54,216 nt of DNA, from positions 1 to 54,216 of the IMG/VR virus record IMGVR_UViG_3300019458_000010, one strand, 5' to 3'. Each line of letters opens with the position of its first letter. The stretch's first letter is position 1. A program made the position numbers and the translations under genes. The stretch comes from a virus. The notes below the pieces were generated by a model, which made no database searches, was not told the DNA's origin, and saw only the letters and a list, made by a program, of their open reading frames with translations. Positions 52,059 to 54,216 of this stretch are shown piece by piece.

Positions 52059-52482
52059 AAATGACGACGCGATTTTAGCTGACAAAGTGTTCGCATTGCT
52101 TAATGCGTGGCGAAACGAAGGAAATATCGGACTTTCTTTACCCTTTATAAGCTGGGCCACACAAAGTGATCCTCTAGAAGTATTTGAATTGATAGAGAAG
52201 TACTATCGGGACTATCAATTCTTGTATTGCAACCAGACCAGAATGCGGGTAATGAGACCAATTACGTATTGGTGGGACAACCATCGTAGAAGTATCGACA
52301 ACAAATATTTCGTAGGTCGGGCACGTGGGCTTTTACTTCGGGGAACACCATCACGACATAATAGAAAATGGTGTCCCCCAACAGATGAAGACTACTACTT
52401 CGTTAGCAAAGTATTGAATATCCGCAGTCTATCTCTCGAATGTCGTCAAAACCCGAAAACAAAGGAGGTAGAGTTCCTTTGA
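52051..52482 (+). CDS. Hypothetical protein
   Basis: Track ORF, ATG overlapping the primase stop. Confidence 0.55.
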   Translation: MAKNDDAILADKVFALLNAWRNEGNIGLSLPFISWATQSDPLEVFELIEKYYRDYQFLYCNQTRMRVMRPITYWWDNHRRSIDNKYFVGRARGLLLRGTPSRHNRKWCPPTDEDYYFVSKVLNIRSLSLECRQNPKTKEVEFL

Positions 52483-53228
52483 TAATTTTGGGTAAAGGTG
52501 CTTCTGTTCGCGCATTGCGACAAGAGTTACGTGATTTACCTAATGTTGGGCCAGTAGTCCGTTGGGGTGCCAAGGATGAAGGGCTACTCGACATACATCC
52601 GATGGTGCCAGTACTTAACAGGAGAATTGTATTTGATAAACACCAACAGCTAAAAGAGTTTGCAAGAGCAGAGATTCCGAGTCCACGGGTAATTTTATTG
52701 GAGGATTTTGATCATGAGTGGTGGTGGGTGGGTCGTCTTCGGTGGCTTGGTCGCCGCAGGCATCATCGCGGCGGCAACGATATTATCGGACCTATGGACG
52801 CCGACCAAATGCGAGACGCTCTCCGAGCGGGAGAAGCGGACTTCGCTGTGCAATTCATAGACAAAACACATGAATGGAGGGTGCATGTCTTCCGAGACGA
52901 AATCCTTCGAATCGCTAGGAAAGTATGGAGGGGGAATGATCCAGTTCCAGGCGGAGTTGCGTGGAACGCAGAAGCCGGATGGCACTTTCGATATAATGTT
53001 GGTCTTCAAGACACCACAAGAGGCAAACTCTCGGAATTGGCAAGACGTGCAGTTCAAGCACTCGGAATGGACTTTGGGGCAGCAGACATCGTTGCTGTTA
53101 TCAAACCTAACAGCCGTGATTACTTCGTGCTTGAAGTAAATAGTGCCCCAGGCGTTGCAGATAACGAGAATACTTTGGCCGCCTATGTAAAAGCCATAAG
53201 AAAATGGAGTGACGACTTTGACTACTAA
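52479..53228 (+). CDS. ATP-grasp enzyme (RimK-like)
   Basis: TTG 52479 lies 8 nt after AGGAGGT and overlaps the upstream TGA. IILGKGAS.., HEWRVHVF, FGAADIVAV..YFVLEVNSAPG. Confidence 0.7.
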   Translation: MIILGKGASVRALRQELRDLPNVGPVVRWGAKDEGLLDIHPMVPVLNRRIVFDKHQQLKEFARAEIPSPRVILLEDFDHEWWWVGRLRWLGRRRHHRGGNDIIGPMDADQMRDALRAGEADFAVQFIDKTHEWRVHVFRDEILRIARKVWRGNDPVPGGVAWNAEAGWHFRYNVGLQDTTRGKLSELARRAVQALGMDFGAADIVAVIKPNSRDYFVLEVNSAPGVADNENTLAAYVKAIRKWSDDFDY

Positions 53229-53403
53229 AAAAATTAAGTGTTCACATGATCCGCGAGAAAGACTAGGACAACCCATTGGTATGTACCATTGCCCGGAGTG
53301 TGGGGAAATGGTTCTTGCTGGAGTAAAACACCTCGATTGGGATGATGTCGAGGTGTGGCTTTGGAATAAGTGCGCAGAACTCCCAGAGGAGAAATCCTCA
53401 TGA
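53209..53403 (+). CDS. Zinc-ribbon mini-protein
   Basis: Track ORF (alternative TTG 53218 after GGAG); C..H...CPEC. Confidence 0.45.
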   Translation: MTTLTTKKIKCSHDPRERLGQPIGMYHCPECGEMVLAGVKHLDWDDVEVWLWNKCAELPEEKSS

Positions 53404-53666
53404 ACTTCCCAAAGATTTGTGCAAAATGCGGAAGCAAACTAGTTTGCATATATCATTGCCCCGACTGTGGGGGAATGATTATGGGTTATCATTGGGGAGA
53501 AAGTCCATATGGTCGTATGGCCGATGCCTGTGAGGTATGCAACGGACCATTTACAAATATAAACGAGAAAGTCAACCCGGTCCGTTGGCCTCATGGACAG
53601 GGAAGTAACGTGTGGAAATACGTTTGTGGCCCCTGTTTCAGGGGAGAAAAGGAGAAACTGTCATGA
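53400..53666 (+). CDS. Double zinc-ribbon mini-protein
   Basis: ATGA overlap start; CAKCG..CPDCG and CEVC..CGPC. Confidence 0.5.
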   Translation: MNFPKICAKCGSKLVCIYHCPDCGGMIMGYHWGESPYGRMADACEVCNGPFTNINEKVNPVRWPHGQGSNVWKYVCGPCFRGEKEKLS

Positions 53667-53899
53667 AAAGGTGTATCGCATGCGGAAGCGAACTAGCAAC
53701 CCCTTGGTCCGGCCGCGTCAAAGAAAATGACAAGAAGCGCTTGCTAGACGCAGCCGATGCCATATCGGATGCCTTCCCATGGACTCTCGCTTCGGAGGGG
53801 TTCGACTATTGGGCACAAATATATAAGAGACTCAAAAATATTTCTAAGGGAGAGTCAATACACGAGCGCCAGCGTCTCACCGAGCTTAGCCGTGAGTGA
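53663..53899 (+). CDS. Zinc-ribbon N-terminus plus a C-terminal module shared with 46246..46689
   Basis: ATGA overlap start after AAGGAG; CIACG; AISDAFPWTLASEGFDYWAQIYKRLKNISKGE. Confidence 0.5.
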   Translation: MKRCIACGSELATPWSGRVKENDKKRLLDAADAISDAFPWTLASEGFDYWAQIYKRLKNISKGESIHERQRLTELSRE

Positions 53900-54216
53900 A
53901 ATTTGGTTTACCGCAGACCACCATTTTTGTCATAAGAACATAATCAAGTACTGCAACCGTCCATTTGCGAATGTCCGGGAAATGGACGAGACAATGATAA
54001 GAAAGTGGGACACTCTTGTACAACGCGAGGATACCGTTTATCATCTAGGGGACTTTGCTTTTGCATCCAAAGCTGTCATTGCGGCTCTGCTACAAAGTCT
54101 CAATGGTCGAAAGATTCTGCTCAAAGGAAATCACGATGGTTCGTGGGCAAGACAAGCCAACGTTGGGTGGCATCATGTTTCTAAAGCAATATCCACAAAA
54201 ATAGGTGATATATGGA
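53892..54216 (+). CDS. Calcineurin-like metallophosphoesterase, N-terminal part (continues at 124..296 of the circle)
   Basis: GTG 53892 gives SEIWFTADHHFCHKNII..VYHLGDFAF..LKGNHD. DxH, GD and GNHD motifs are present; the start codon is uncertain. Confidence 0.8.
   Translation, partial: MSEIWFTADHHFCHKNIIKYCNRPFANVREMDETMIRKWDTLVQREDTVYHLGDFAFASKAVIAALLQSLNGRKILLKGNHDGSWARQANVGWHHVSKAISTKIGDIW
54094..54216. repeat. Terminal direct repeat, right copy (identical to 1..123)
   Basis: Same 123-nt string as the window start. Confidence 0.95.

Noticed and set aside
1-54216. Temperate lifestyle or prophage features (integrase, CI/Cro-like repressor, attP)
   Set aside because: No tyrosine or serine recombinase motifs and no obvious HTH repressor pair were found in any frame I read. 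This absence cannot be proven without profile searches.

Overview
The window is a complete tailed dsDNA bacteriophage genome recovered as a circularly closed contig. Bases 1-123 recur exactly at 54094-54216, so the unique sequence is 54,093 bp, and one gene (a metallophosphoesterase) runs across the window ends.

Two divergent transcription arms leave a ~530-bp control region (41797-42328). They converge on a bidirectional intrinsic terminator at 10661-10697.

Plus-strand arm (42329 -> 54216/1 -> 10643):
- About 20 small early ORFs, many of them Cys4 zinc-ribbon mini-proteins.
- An amidoligase module interleaved with a primase: two glutamine-synthetase-fold COOH-NH2 ligase paralogues, an Ntn class-II amidotransferase and an ATP-grasp enzyme.
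- Replication and nucleotide genes: a family-4 UDG domain fused to a family-A DNA polymerase (broken by one frame change), an SSB-like protein, dCTP deaminase, two deoxyribosyltransferase-fold proteins, a MazG-like pyrophosphohydrolase, two metallophosphoesterases, a Cas4-like nuclease, an HNH protein and a DnaB-like helicase.
- An M15 endolysin.

Minus-strand arm (41796 -> 10720) is one tightly coupled late operon:
- An unknown 321-aa protein, a membrane-anchored ClpP-like protease, a holin-like ORF and a spanin-like overlapped pair.
- TerS, TerL, portal, scaffold-like protein and major capsid protein.
- A GC-rich block of decoration or fibre-like genes.
- A run of Cys-cluster proteins, including a YkgJ-type CxxCxxCC protein.
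- Fibre-like proteins, then low-complexity and giant internal-virion-like proteins.

No integrase, repressor, tRNA, CRISPR array, reverse transcriptase, tail sheath or obvious tape measure was recognised, so podovirus-like architecture is only a guess.

The most interesting items are:
1. The amidoligase module together with the nucleotide-pool genes, whose product is unknown.
2. A near-consensus sigma70-type promoter followed by a ~170-nt structured leader and an intrinsic terminator placed directly in front of the late operon. This is a lambda PR'/tR'-like antitermination layout.
3. An array of GTCAA motifs in the control region.
4. The split UDG-polymerase.

All family assignments come from reading motifs by eye. 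No database search or computation beyond hand counting was possible.
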